DNA from: an uncultured Erysipelotrichales bacterium
GTDB taxonomy: Bacteria > Bacillota_I > Bacilli_A > Erysipelotrichales > Coprobacillaceae
Direction of reading: 5' to 3'
DNA: 64,000 bases
Assembly (NCBI GenBank): GCA_964372125.1
Contig: CAYJPL010000006.1
Span: 15,466 to 79,465, forward strand
The position numbers and the translations under genes were made by a program. A model generated the notes under the pieces. It made no database searches. It was given only the letters and a program-made list of their open reading frames with translations, and was not told where the DNA came from. The first letter of the stretch is position 1, and the number at the start of each line of letters is the position of its first letter. Shown one piece after another: positions 1 through 9,570 of this stretch.

Positions 1-311
1 CCTGTGTAAAGCCAAATGGTTTTAGAAGGGAATAATTTTTTAAACTCATATACTAAATCACTTATTTCTGCAACCAGAAATGGGTGAAGTGGATCACCAC
101 CACTTAATGTAAGACCATCAATATAATCATGATTAATAGCATTGAATAGTTCTTTTTTTGCATCTTCATCAAATGGTATACCACTATTTATATCCCATGT
201 CTCAGGGTTTTGACAATCAATACAGTGATGAGTACAACCAGATACCCATAGAACTGCACGAAGGCCAAAACCATTTAACATATCATCTCTAGTAATATTA
301 TGATAATTCAT
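1..311 (-). CDS. nrdG: anaerobic ribonucleoside-triphosphate reductase activating protein (radical SAM); partial, C-terminus lies beyond the window edge
   Basis: Reverse-complement translation from the ATG at 309-311 gives MNYHNITRDDMLNGFGLRAVLWVSGCTHHCIDCQNPETWDINSG..., containing a CX3CX2C radical-SAM motif. The start overlaps the nrdD stop (TAATG). It is absent from the ORF track because no stop falls inside the window. Confidence 0.85.
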   Translation of the reverse strand, partial: MNYHNITRDDMLNGFGLRAVLWVSGCTHHCIDCQNPETWDINSGIPFDEDAKKELFNAINHDYIDGLTLSGGDPLHPFLVAEISDLVYEFKKLFPSKTIWLYT

Positions 312-2428
312 TACATTGAAATCCTATCTTTTATTTCTGCCATTTTTGCTTCATTTAAACGAGTATCCCCTTTTACTCTAGAGTATGAAAGATAACCATT
401 CATACGATCAATCTTAGTTAAATTTTCACTTCCACATACAGGACATACATCCATAGTAAGCTCCTCATGTCCACAATCATCACAATATGATAATGATAAG
501 TTTACACCTTCATAGAAACCAATTTTCATTGCACGGCGTAATAATGTTTTAAATGCACCAATATTGTAGTCGATTGGATATTTTACGTATTGAATTTTCC
601 CACCATTACTTAAATCCCAAAAACGACGTTCTAAATCTTGTTTTTCAATAGGAGTAATATTTTCTGATACATGACAGTGGAAACTGTTAGAAACATATTC
701 TTTATCGCTAACATTTTCTACTACTCCAAATTTCTTTCTAAATTGTTGAATTTGTAAACCACATAAACTTTCAGCAGGAGTACCATATATTGCATATAGT
801 TTACCATCTTCTTTTTTGAACTCGTCAATTTTTTTGTTGATGTATTCTAATGTTTCAATCGCAAAACTTCCATCTTCAACAATAGATTTTTTGTGATGTA
901 AATGTTCTAACTCATTTAAAGCAGTTATTCCAAATGAAGCAGTTGCAGAAACTAGCAATGGTTTAATCTTATCAGTGATTTTTAAGTTACCACCGTAGAA
1001 ACCACCCTCACAATACGCAAGTGGATTAACCGATGCTTTCATTTCACCTAGATAATCATATGTACGTAAGTGTAATTTACGAATTAATTCTAGATAATAA
1101 TCTAATACTTCATGGAAAGGTGTGCTTTCTTGTTTTGCTTTTGCGTAAATCATTGGTAAATGTAATGATATTGCACCAATATTAAATCTACCAACAAAAA
1201 CAGGCTTATCTTGATCATTAGCAGGATAGATTCCACCTTCTTCATAATATGGCGATAAGAATGCACGACATCCCATTGGAGAAATTGGTGTACCATATTT
1301 CTTGTAGATAGATGGTACATAACCTTCACCAGTTAAGCTTAACCAATCAGGATACATTGTCTTACTTGAACAAAGCACACCTGCTTCGAATACTTCTTCT
1401 AATTGTTTTCCTTCGCCATGTAATTCTTCATCATATAAGAATACTATTTTAGGGAATAATACAGGTTTTTTACATCCTTTTTTACCTTGTCCAATACGAC
1501 GTACATTTAACATTTCAATAGAAGCCATTTTCGACCACTGACTAGTACCAGTACCAATTGAAACAGTAATGAATGGGTAATCACCACGACTTGATGCTAC
1601 TGTATTAAATTTATATTCCCAACCTTGGAAACCTTGTTGGAAATTTGTACGAATATCATCAATTGCAACTTTTTTTGCATGTTCACTATCAAGACCTAAA
1701 TCGATATATTTTTTATAGAAAATATCATATGACATTTGTGCATATTTATCTAATAATAAATCTACACTAGGAACTGTATATCCACCATATTGTTGACTAG
1801 CAGCAGATAAGACAATATCACCAATAACATCAAATGCAACATCTAATGTTTTTGGTTCATTATACCATAAGTTCCCCATTTCAAAGCCACCAGATAAAAC
1901 ACTTTGAACATCGAATAAACAACAGTTCATAGTATCACGTCTTGCAGACATATCATGGATATAAATATATCCATCACGAGCAGCTTGCAATTCATCGGTA
2001 GTTAAAAAGAATTTTTGATATAATTCCTTATTTAATTGATTAAATATTAAACTTCTTTTTGTAGAAACTAGTGCACTATCAGTATTACTATTTTCCTTAT
2101 CCCCAATATACATGATAGATTGTGATTTTTTATATACTTCATCTAACATAGAGACGAAGTCTTGTTTGTAATTACGGTAGTCACGGTAACTTTTTGCAAC
2201 CTTAGGGTTAACATTTTCCAAAGCTTCTTCCACAATATTATGCATTTGTGAAATGGTAATTCCTTCTTTATTTAATGAGTTTGCTTTTTCTTTAACAAAC
2301 GCACATATTTTATCAACTTCACCATCTTGAAATTCATATAAACAACGTGTTGCAGATTTGTTGATTGCAACGATTACTTTATCAATTACAAATGGTTCTT
2401 TTGTATTATCTTTTTTTATGATAAACAT
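311..2428 (-). CDS. nrdD: anaerobic (class III) ribonucleoside-triphosphate reductase
   Basis: Large ORF with a C-terminal Zn-ribbon (CDDCGHE...CPVCGS) and a glycyl-radical motif (RMNGYLSY), followed by nrdG. My preferred start is the ATG at 2428 (MFIIKK), 8 nt after GGAGGA; the ORF track extends to 2443. Confidence 0.93.
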   Translation of the reverse strand: MFIIKKDNTKEPFVIDKVIVAINKSATRCLYEFQDGEVDKICAFVKEKANSLNKEGITISQMHNIVEEALENVNPKVAKSYRDYRNYKQDFVSMLDEVYKKSQSIMYIGDKENSNTDSALVSTKRSLIFNQLNKELYQKFFLTTDELQAARDGYIYIHDMSARRDTMNCCLFDVQSVLSGGFEMGNLWYNEPKTLDVAFDVIGDIVLSAASQQYGGYTVPSVDLLLDKYAQMSYDIFYKKYIDLGLDSEHAKKVAIDDIRTNFQQGFQGWEYKFNTVASSRGDYPFITVSIGTGTSQWSKMASIEMLNVRRIGQGKKGCKKPVLFPKIVFLYDEELHGEGKQLEEVFEAGVLCSSKTMYPDWLSLTGEGYVPSIYKKYGTPISPMGCRAFLSPYYEEGGIYPANDQDKPVFVGRFNIGAISLHLPMIYAKAKQESTPFHEVLDYYLELIRKLHLRTYDYLGEMKASVNPLAYCEGGFYGGNLKITDKIKPLLVSATASFGITALNELEHLHHKKSIVEDGSFAIETLEYINKKIDEFKKEDGKLYAIYGTPAESLCGLQIQQFRKKFGVVENVSDKEYVSNSFHCHVSENITPIEKQDLERRFWDLSNGGKIQYVKYPIDYNIGAFKTLLRRAMKIGFYEGVNLSLSYCDDCGHEELTMDVCPVCGSENLTKIDRMNGYLSYSRVKGDTRLNEAKMAEIKDRISM

Positions 2429-2651
2429 ACTATATTCCTCCAATTCTATACTCTAGTATATCTATTCTACAAATAAAAATAAAGAGAAAAACACCATAAG
2501 TTATATAAATTTTTTTATTGTTTGATAACTATATATATAATCATGAAAATATGCTATACTAGGTATGCTATTGCATCAGAAATGGTGCAAATAAATACTA
2601 AATTAATATGATATAACCAATATAAAGAATAGAATTTCGGGAGGAAAATAA

Positions 2652-3422
2652 ATGACGAAGATCATTGCCATAACTAACCAAAAAGGTGGGGTTGGAAAAA
2701 CAACAACAAGTGTAAACTTAGCTGCAGCACTAGCAAGAAAAAAACTGCAAGTATTACTTGTGGATATGGATCCTCAGGCTAATGCAACCCAAGGAATTGG
2801 TGTTAACCGTGATCAATTAGAATACTCTACATATGATGTATTAGTTGATGATGCAACACTTAATCAAGTAATAACAAAATCGTATACTCCAAACTTAGAT
2901 GTAGCACCTGCAAGTATTGACTTAGCTGGGGTGGATTTAGAACTTTCAGCAATTAAAAAAGGCAGAGAACAAAGGTTAAAAAATGCTTTAGAAACAGTAA
3001 AAGAAAAATATGACTATATAATTATTGACTGTCCACCTGCATTAGGTTTATTAAACACAAATGCCCTAACTGCATGTGATTCAGTATTAATACCGGTACA
3101 ATGTGAATATTACGCATTAGAAGGTCTTACACAATTACTTAATACAATATTACTTACGCAAGGAGTATTTAACCCTGATCTTTCAATTGAAGGAGTATTG
3201 TTAACAATGCTTGATCAACGAACAAATCTTGGAGTAGAAGTATCACAAGAAGTAAGAAAGTATTTTAAAGAAAAAGTATACAAAACAGTAATACCTAGAA
3301 ATATTAAATTATCTGAAGCCCCATCTGCTGGACTAGCGATATTCGATTATGATAGTTCATCAGAAGGTGCAAAATCATACAAAAATCTAGCAAAGGAAGT
3401 AATTAAACGTAATGGTAAATAA
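2652..3422 (+). CDS. parA: chromosome partitioning ATPase ParA/Soj
   Basis: Deviant Walker A motif NQKGGVGKTTT, length 256 aa, and an 11-nt overlap with the downstream parB. Confidence 0.9.
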   Translation: MTKIIAITNQKGGVGKTTTSVNLAAALARKKLQVLLVDMDPQANATQGIGVNRDQLEYSTYDVLVDDATLNQVITKSYTPNLDVAPASIDLAGVDLELSAIKKGREQRLKNALETVKEKYDYIIIDCPPALGLLNTNALTACDSVLIPVQCEYYALEGLTQLLNTILLTQGVFNPDLSIEGVLLTMLDQRTNLGVEVSQEVRKYFKEKVYKTVIPRNIKLSEAPSAGLAIFDYDSSSEGAKSYKNLAKEVIKRNGK

Positions 3423-4284
3423 AAATAAGAAACTATCAAAAGGTTTAGATGCAATATTTGGTGGTGATATATCAAGTGTATTAGAAGAAATAGAAAATAA
3501 CACACCATCATCAAAGCATGTAGAAATAGAATTAGAAAACGTAAGAGCAAATCCTTATCAACCAAGAAAAGTGTTTGATGTAGATGCACTGCAAGAACTT
3601 GCGGATTCAATTAAAGAACATGGAATATTCCAGCCAGTTATATTAAAGAAATCAGTACATGGTTACGAAATTGTTGCTGGTGAAAGAAGATGTCGTGCAG
3701 CAAAAATTGCTGGGTTAGAAAAAGTACCGGCAATCGTTGTAGAATTTAGTGATCAACAAATGATGGAAATTGCCCTTCTTGAAAATATTCAAAGAGAAAA
3801 CTTGAATGCAATTGAAGAAGCACAAGCATACCAACAATTAATGGAAAAACTAGAACTAACACAAGACGCACTTGCAAAACGTGTTGGTAAATCAAGAACG
3901 TATGTAACAAACACATTACGTCTACTTGCTTTACCTAAAACAATCCAAACATATGTATTAGAAGCAAAATTATCAATGGGACATGTTCGTCCATTAATAA
4001 CATTAGAATCTAAAAAAGCATTAGAAATTGCCAAACGTGCAATCGCACAAAAACTTTCAGTTCGTGATGTAGAAAACATTGTAAAAGGTGTAGAGTTAAG
4101 TGCAAGTAAGAAAAACAAACCTAAGGTTGAAAAACCACAAGAATATACATATGTAGAATCTATTTTACGTAAGAAATATAGAACAAAAATTGTTGTTGAT
4201 GAAAAAACAGTAACTTTTAAATATACAAATAAAAATGATTTAAATCGATTACTAGAATTAATGGGTGTTATCGAAGAAAACTAG
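3412..4284 (+). CDS. parB: chromosome partitioning protein ParB/Spo0J
   Basis: ParB-box motif GERRCRAAK and an HTH region (LTQDALAKRVGKSRTYVTNTLRLL); adjacent to parA. Confidence 0.9.
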   Translation: MVNKNKKLSKGLDAIFGGDISSVLEEIENNTPSSKHVEIELENVRANPYQPRKVFDVDALQELADSIKEHGIFQPVILKKSVHGYEIVAGERRCRAAKIAGLEKVPAIVVEFSDQQMMEIALLENIQRENLNAIEEAQAYQQLMEKLELTQDALAKRVGKSRTYVTNTLRLLALPKTIQTYVLEAKLSMGHVRPLITLESKKALEIAKRAIAQKLSVRDVENIVKGVELSASKKNKPKVEKPQEYTYVESILRKKYRTKIVVDEKTVTFKYTNKNDLNRLLELMGVIEEN

Positions 4285-4301
4285 TATTTACTAGTTTTTT
4301 T
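4277..4301 (+). terminator. rho-independent terminator after parB
   Basis: AAAACTAGTA / TACTAGTTTT perfect 10-nt complementary arms followed by a T-run; the hairpin spans the parB stop codon. Confidence 0.7.
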
Positions 4302-4342
4302 GCTAGTTTTTGATAAAATAAAAGATATAAGAGGTACCGACT

Positions 4343-4567
4343 TTGAAATTTAATTCAAAAAGAGATGTAATGGTACTTTTAACAGTTACTTGTATTGTAA
4401 TGCAACCATGGTTAAAAGTAATATTTAGATTTGAAAAACTACAACTAAATATATTTTGGTGTATGATAGCTGTGATATGTTTTTGTATTTATATATGGTA
4501 TATATTGTCATATGTAAAGTATAGAAAAGAAAAATCAGGAGTTATACAAAGAAAGGAATGTAGCTAA
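4343..4567 (+). CDS. hypothetical small membrane protein (74 aa, TTG start)
   Basis: AAGAGG lies 7-8 nt upstream of the TTG, and there are two hydrophobic segments. I recognise no family, and this may be a spurious ORF in AT-rich DNA. Confidence 0.3.
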   Translation: MKFNSKRDVMVLLTVTCIVMQPWLKVIFRFEKLQLNIFWCMIAVICFCIYIWYILSYVKYRKEKSGVIQRKECS

Positions 4568-4584
4568 ACACTACTAGGTGATGT

Positions 4585-5865
4585 ATGGAATCAATACTTA
4601 TTATTTTAATATTAACAATCATAAATGGATATTTTGCATGTGTTGAAATGGCAATTGTATCAGTGAATAAACATAAGCTATCAACAATGGCAAACAACGG
4701 AAACAAAAAAGCAATAACAATTTTAAAAATACTAGACGAACCAACTCAGTTTTTATCAACTATACAAGTTGCAATTACACTTGCTGGTTTCTTTTCTAGT
4801 GCCTTTGCAGCAACTGGACTTGCAGATGACTTCCAGAAAATATTTCTAGAGTACGGAATACATATTTCTACTAGTGTAGCAACAATTATAATTACACTAC
4901 TTTTATCATATGTAACATTAGTGTTTGGGGAACTAGTACCAAAAAGAATTGCGATACGCCATGCGAATTCAATTAGTTTAGTATGTGTTAACAGTATAGT
5001 ATTTGTAAGTAAGATTACAAAACTATTTGTATTACTCCTTACAATATCAACAAAAGCGGTACTTCGATTATTTAATATTAAAGATGAAGTAGTAACTGAT
5101 GCTGTTACACGTGAGGAAGTACATCAAATATTAGCACAGAGTAAAGAAACGGGTGCAATTGATGAATATGAAAAAGAACTTATTGAATCAGTGTTAGAGT
5201 TTGATACAACGATGGCACATGAAATCATGGTTGCAAGAAATGATGTGATTTGTATTGATATCGATAAACCTTTTAACACATATTTAGAATCACTATTATT
5301 AAGAAGACATACAAGAGTACCGGTTTATAAAGAAAGTTTAGATAAAATCATAGGAGTACTACACATCAAAGATGTAATGTACAATGCTTATATTAATGGA
5401 TTTGAAAACATTAAAGTTCAAGAAATCATGGTTGAACCATACTTCGTTCCAGAAACAAAAAATATAGATGACTTGATTCGTGAACTTCAAGCAACAAAAA
5501 ATCATATTGCGATTTTAATAGATGAGTATGGTGGTTTTTCAGGAATTGTTACTATGGAAGATTTACTAGAAGAAATAGTTGGCCCTATTGATGAAGAAGA
5601 TGATGTAGTTAAAGTATATGTAGATAAAATTGATGAAAACAGTTATCGCCTGTATGGCTTAATCACACTAGATGAATTAGAAGAATTATGTAATATAACA
5701 ATTGATGATAATGACTGTAATACAGTTTCTGGACTACTTGTAAAATATCTAGGAAAGATACCACAGACAGTTGGGGAAACTGTGTTAGTTGACGATTATG
5801 AGTTTACAATAGAAATGATTTCTAACAAGAGAGTTGAAAAGTGTATTATTCGTAAAATAAAGTAG
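4585..5865 (+). CDS. DUF21 (CNNM) - CBS pair - CorC_HlyC domain membrane protein (hemolysin/Mg-Co efflux family)
   Basis: N-terminal multi-TM DUF21 pattern (NGYFACVEMAIVSV), a central CBS-like region and a C-terminal CorC/HlyC-like segment; 426 aa. Confidence 0.8.
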   Translation: MESILIILILTIINGYFACVEMAIVSVNKHKLSTMANNGNKKAITILKILDEPTQFLSTIQVAITLAGFFSSAFAATGLADDFQKIFLEYGIHISTSVATIIITLLLSYVTLVFGELVPKRIAIRHANSISLVCVNSIVFVSKITKLFVLLLTISTKAVLRLFNIKDEVVTDAVTREEVHQILAQSKETGAIDEYEKELIESVLEFDTTMAHEIMVARNDVICIDIDKPFNTYLESLLLRRHTRVPVYKESLDKIIGVLHIKDVMYNAYINGFENIKVQEIMVEPYFVPETKNIDDLIRELQATKNHIAILIDEYGGFSGIVTMEDLLEEIVGPIDEEDDVVKVYVDKIDENSYRLYGLITLDELEELCNITIDDNDCNTVSGLLVKYLGKIPQTVGETVLVDDYEFTIEMISNKRVEKCIIRKIK

Positions 5866-6021
5866 TGAATAATAGAAAAAACGTTGCATTTTTACATAAA
5901 AAACTATAAAGTATACATGAATGTATAAAGATTAAACTCATACAAAATGTGATATTGTAGGATGTATGTGTTTAATATTGAAAAGAATTTTCTTTTTGGT
6001 AAGATAGTGTAGAAAGTAGGG

Positions 6022-7920
6022 ATGACAATGAATAAAAAAATGAGAAGTTATGGGCTTATTTTAATAGCTTTAACTGTCGTATTAACACTAATATTTCCAG
6101 AGTTTACAAAAGCTGTGGAAAGTGAAAATAGTATTGAAGAAACAGATATACCAACAACAATAAGTGAAGACTATATTGCTTTTGATGAAGAAGGTAATAT
6201 TACAATAACACCAATTGAGGAAGTTGAAACTGTAGATCAGGAATCGCTTAGTGAACTAAATACAGAAGAAGGTTATCAAGTAGTTGCTATTACTGGCTAC
6301 GATGAACGAATTGTAGAAGAAGTAGAAACACTAGAAGAAGCAAATGAAGTAGTAGAAACACTTGAACAAATGCAATCAATGTCTAGAAGTGCAACGAGTA
6401 CCACATATGAAGTGCAAACAAGACTTGCAAACCCAGTATATGGTGTAATTGACTTTAAATATATGGGAAATGGTGTAACTAGCCCATATACAAATGCCCA
6501 AACAGGATATGCAGGATATTTATATGCACCATATGCACCAGATGCTGCATACTTAGGTATGGTAGGTGACAAGGTAAAATTCATGCAAGCTGGAGTAATA
6601 GGATTAATAGATCAAGAATATATAGGAGATATTACAGAGTATGATACCTATATTAAAGATGGTTGGATTACTTCAACATATACAGTAAAAAACGGAAAAA
6701 TCTATCATAATATATCTACAAACTTAGAAGTAATATCATCTACTCAAATTGTTGGTTATCAACAAAGTTATATGAATGATAATGCTACATATTATAGTTA
6801 TGATGGACATTATTTCTATACAAGCTATAAAACAATGGTTACAGATTATAAAAATGGTACATTTAAAAATTCAATCAATCCAAATACACCATATTATAAC
6901 TACTATCAATTTTTATCACACCGCACTCAAACATCATTTACTGCAACGCAAATAGAACAGTTTATTGATGCAAAAACAAACACTAGTTCTAAATTAAATG
7001 GATTAGGAGATGACTTTGTAACACATCAAAATACATATGGTATTAATGCAACATTAATGCTTGGTGTAGCGGTTAATGAGAGTGGATGGGGATATAGTTA
7101 TATCGCAAACTCTAAAAACAACCTATTTGGACATGGGGCCTATGACTCAAATCCTGCGTATGGTGCAAATGGATATACTTCAGCAGGTGAAAGTATAAAA
7201 TATCATGCACAGACATTCTTATCTGCAGGTTACTTGGATGCATCAGATTGGCGTTATTTAGGGCCACACGTTGGGAATAAAGAAAGTGGTATTAATGTAA
7301 AATATGCATCAGATTCTTATTGGGGTGAAAAAGCCGCAGCAATAAGCTATTTAATGGAAGATTATTTTAGTAGTAAAACATATGATTACGGAAATTATAA
7401 AATCGGTATTGTAAGTGGTGATATACCAGTATATCAATCAGCAAATACAAGTAAATTACTGTATAGTACAGGAAATTCATATGCTACAATCAATGAGTAT
7501 ACTCTAGAAATGGGTGTGGTAATTATTGGTGAGACAACAGATAGTAGCGGAACAAAGTGGTATAAAATACAAACTGATACATCTTTAAACTCATCACGTA
7601 CTGCAATATCACCAAATAGTACATATAGTTTCTCAAGAGATTATGGTTACATGAAAGCATCAAATGTAGATGTTGTAACGTATAGTGATAAGTATAGTGG
7701 TGATACAGGTGGAGATAGTACTTTAAGAATCGGAGATCCGAGTGGAGATGGAAAAATCACATCGCTAGACTATGTCTTAGTCCGAAATCATATAATGAAA
7801 ACAATAGTACTAAGTGGGAAATACTACGATGCAGCTGATCCAAGTGGGGATGGAAAAATCACATCATTAGACTATGTTCTAATAAGAAATCATATAACAG
7901 GAACGATAGTATTAGACTAG
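6022..7920 (+). CDS. secreted GH73 N-acetylglucosaminidase-type peptidoglycan hydrolase with an SH3b-like module and a C-terminal dockerin
   Basis: Signal peptide (MRSYGLILIALTVVLTLIF). GH73 motif LGVAVNESGWGYS...NNLFGHGAYD. SH3b-like segment (GDIPVYQSANTS...WYKIQTD). Two DPSGDGKITSLDYVL(V/I)RNHI segments at the C-terminus. The start could instead be the second ATG at 6028. Confidence 0.8.
   Translation: MTMNKKMRSYGLILIALTVVLTLIFPEFTKAVESENSIEETDIPTTISEDYIAFDEEGNITITPIEEVETVDQESLSELNTEEGYQVVAITGYDERIVEEVETLEEANEVVETLEQMQSMSRSATSTTYEVQTRLANPVYGVIDFKYMGNGVTSPYTNAQTGYAGYLYAPYAPDAAYLGMVGDKVKFMQAGVIGLIDQEYIGDITEYDTYIKDGWITSTYTVKNGKIYHNISTNLEVISSTQIVGYQQSYMNDNATYYSYDGHYFYTSYKTMVTDYKNGTFKNSINPNTPYYNYYQFLSHRTQTSFTATQIEQFIDAKTNTSSKLNGLGDDFVTHQNTYGINATLMLGVAVNESGWGYSYIANSKNNLFGHGAYDSNPAYGANGYTSAGESIKYHAQTFLSAGYLDASDWRYLGPHVGNKESGINVKYASDSYWGEKAAAISYLMEDYFSSKTYDYGNYKIGIVSGDIPVYQSANTSKLLYSTGNSYATINEYTLEMGVVIIGETTDSSGTKWYKIQTDTSLNSSRTAISPNSTYSFSRDYGYMKASNVDVVTYSDKYSGDTGGDSTLRIGDPSGDGKITSLDYVLVRNHIMKTIVLSGKYYDAADPSGDGKITSLDYVLIRNHITGTIVLD
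7732..7917 (+). other. dockerin-type duplicated Ca-binding module (coding segment within the GH73 gene)
   Basis: GDPSGDGKITSLDYVLVRNHIM...DPSGDGKITSLDYVLIRNHIT: two 22-residue EF-hand-like loop-helix repeats with D/S/D/T/D at the canonical Ca-ligand spacing (positions 1, 3, 5, 9, 12). Confidence 0.75.
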
Positions 7921-7933
7921 ATAGGAGGATTCA

Positions 7934-9382
7934 ATGAAAATAAATAAAATAATTACATCTGTAATAGTGTTTTGTATGCTTGTCATAGGCACTTCAATGA
8001 AGGTAGATGCAGGGTCATTTAGTGTATCAGGTGGTGGAAGCGTGAGCGCCGGAAGTAAATCTACAGTTACAATATCTGTTCAAGGTGCTGCGGGGACATT
8101 TACGATTTCTGCAACTAATGGTGCAAAAGTAAGCACGAGTAGCATATATATAGATGACACAAGTGCGTCTGTGACAGTTACCGCACCTAGTTCGGGGAAT
8201 TTTTCAGTAAGTGTCAAAGCGAGTGATGTGACTAGTTTTGACGGAGTAGTTGAATTACCAGGCGGTGGATATGAAGGTTCGGCTGTTACAGGTACAAAAA
8301 GTGCAAGTTTTACAGTGAAAACATCAAGTAGCTCAGGAAGTTCATCATCAGGATCTAGTGGCTCATCAAGCTCGGGTAGCTCATCATCAGGTTCTAGTAG
8401 CTCAGGAAGTTCATCGTCAGGATCAAGTTCGTCAACAGAAGAACCAGAAGAAACAAAATCAGATGATGCTACATTGAAATCGTTAACAGTAGATCAAGGG
8501 ACTTTATCACCAGAATTTAGTGCTAGTAAAACAGACTATACTGTAACTGTGATGGATAAAGAAGAGATTAAAATCAGTGCAACAACAAATGATAGTAATG
8601 CGGAAGTTAGTGGTACAGGAACAAAAGAATTAAATTTAGGTGCAAACGAGTTTGATATAAAAGTTACTGCAGAAGACGGTTCTACAAAAACATATACAGT
8701 AAATGTAACTATGGATAAAGAACCAACAGTATATGAAGAGTATGGTGATACAGAGTTGGGCTTTGTACAAGATACGAGTAGTGCAAAAGTACCACAAGGA
8801 TTTGAAGAAACAAAAATCACAATTGATGATCAAGAAATGCAAGCTTGGAATTCAGGTGCATTAGGAGTTACAATTGTTTATTTGTCAGATGCAGAAGGTA
8901 ATAAAGATTTCTATATTTATGATGAAGGTGTACAAACAAAATTTGTACAATTAGGATTACTTGGTAAAAACATAGTATTAATAAACATCCCTACTGATCA
9001 ACAAGAACGCGTTGGTATGAAATATGAAACTGTAACAGTTGATGGAACAGAGATGATGGGATGGACATTCACAGATGAAGAATTTGCGAATTATGTTATT
9101 ATTCGAGTATTAAACGAAATAGGAGAAGAAGTGGAATATTTATATAGTATTGAAGAAAATACTATGATATTAAATCCAAAACAAGCTCCTGTGAGTGTTG
9201 AAGAATATGCTAAATTAGTAAAACAAAATGATCAATTAGAATTAAATGCAATGATTGCATATGTTAGTGCGGGAGTGTTAGGAGTTGTTGCACTAGGTGC
9301 TATAATTATGTTAGTACGTACAAAAAAAGCTAATAAAAAAATAGTTAATATGATAACTGAAACTATTAATAGTGAAGAATAA
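7934..9382 (+). CDS. C-terminally membrane-anchored surface protein: N-terminal beta-rich module, Ser-rich linker, cadherin-like beta-sandwich domain
   Basis: Signal peptide. Residues ~27-130 are beta-strand-like (VSAGSKSTVTISVQGAAGTFTISATNGAKV). An SSSGSSS linker follows. DATLKSLTVDQGTLSPEFSASKTDYTVTV is typical of the cadherin-like beta-sandwich family. C-terminal TM (AYVSAGVLGVVALGAIIMLV) plus RTKKANKK. The gene starts 13 nt after the GH73 gene, with an AGGAGG RBS. Confidence 0.7.
   Translation: MKINKIITSVIVFCMLVIGTSMKVDAGSFSVSGGGSVSAGSKSTVTISVQGAAGTFTISATNGAKVSTSSIYIDDTSASVTVTAPSSGNFSVSVKASDVTSFDGVVELPGGGYEGSAVTGTKSASFTVKTSSSSGSSSSGSSGSSSSGSSSSGSSSSGSSSSGSSSSTEEPEETKSDDATLKSLTVDQGTLSPEFSASKTDYTVTVMDKEEIKISATTNDSNAEVSGTGTKELNLGANEFDIKVTAEDGSTKTYTVNVTMDKEPTVYEEYGDTELGFVQDTSSAKVPQGFEETKITIDDQEMQAWNSGALGVTIVYLSDAEGNKDFYIYDEGVQTKFVQLGLLGKNIVLINIPTDQQERVGMKYETVTVDGTEMMGWTFTDEEFANYVIIRVLNEIGEEVEYLYSIEENTMILNPKQAPVSVEEYAKLVKQNDQLELNAMIAYVSAGVLGVVALGAIIMLVRTKKANKKIVNMITETINSEE
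8324..8433 (+). repeat. Ser/Gly codon low-complexity tract containing a 29-nt direct repeat
   Basis: AGTAGCTCAGGAAGTTCATC(A/G)TCAGGATC occurs at 8327-8355 and 8396-8424, with 1 mismatch and an in-frame offset of 69 nt. Confidence 0.85.
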
Positions 9383-9396
9383 TATAAAATAACTAC

Positions 9397-9443
9397 AAAA
9401 CTTATGTTTGGCCAAGTGATACTTTGCTAGACATAGGTTTTTT
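9397..9443 (+). terminator. rho-independent terminator after the surface-protein gene
   Basis: A 16-bp stem (AAAACTTATGTTTGGC / GCTAGACATAGGTTTT, all Watson-Crick or G-U pairs), a 13-nt loop and a T-run. Confidence 0.7.
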
Positions 9444-9570
9444 AAGTTCTAATTCTTAAAAACATAGTATTATAAATAAATACATATAACATTATTAAGA
9501 AGTGTAATCTACAATATAATATATATAAAGAAAAGAGCTGTACAAAATTGTATATTTCTTTTTTATTGTA

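Noticed and set aside
2447-2506. Possible NrdR boxes upstream of nrdD: the palindrome TATACT-CT-AGTATA (2447-2460) and ACACCATAAGTTATAT (2491-2506).
   Set aside because: Neither matches the 16-bp NrdR consensus acaCwAtATaTwGtgt well. The spacing (~44 bp) is not the usual one. The first element lies in the 5'-UTR, only ~19 nt from the start codon. They could still be regulatory, but I cannot support an NrdR call.
2444-2651. Possible replication origin. The coding-strand switch (nrdDG on -, everything after on +) lies next to parAB, in an AT-rich 208-bp spacer.
   Set aside because: I could not find any TTATCCACA-type DnaA box, even allowing one or two mismatches. There is no dnaA/dnaN nearby and no recognisable DNA-unwinding-element repeats. 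A strand switch alone is insufficient; a cumulative GC-skew plot of the whole replicon would be needed.
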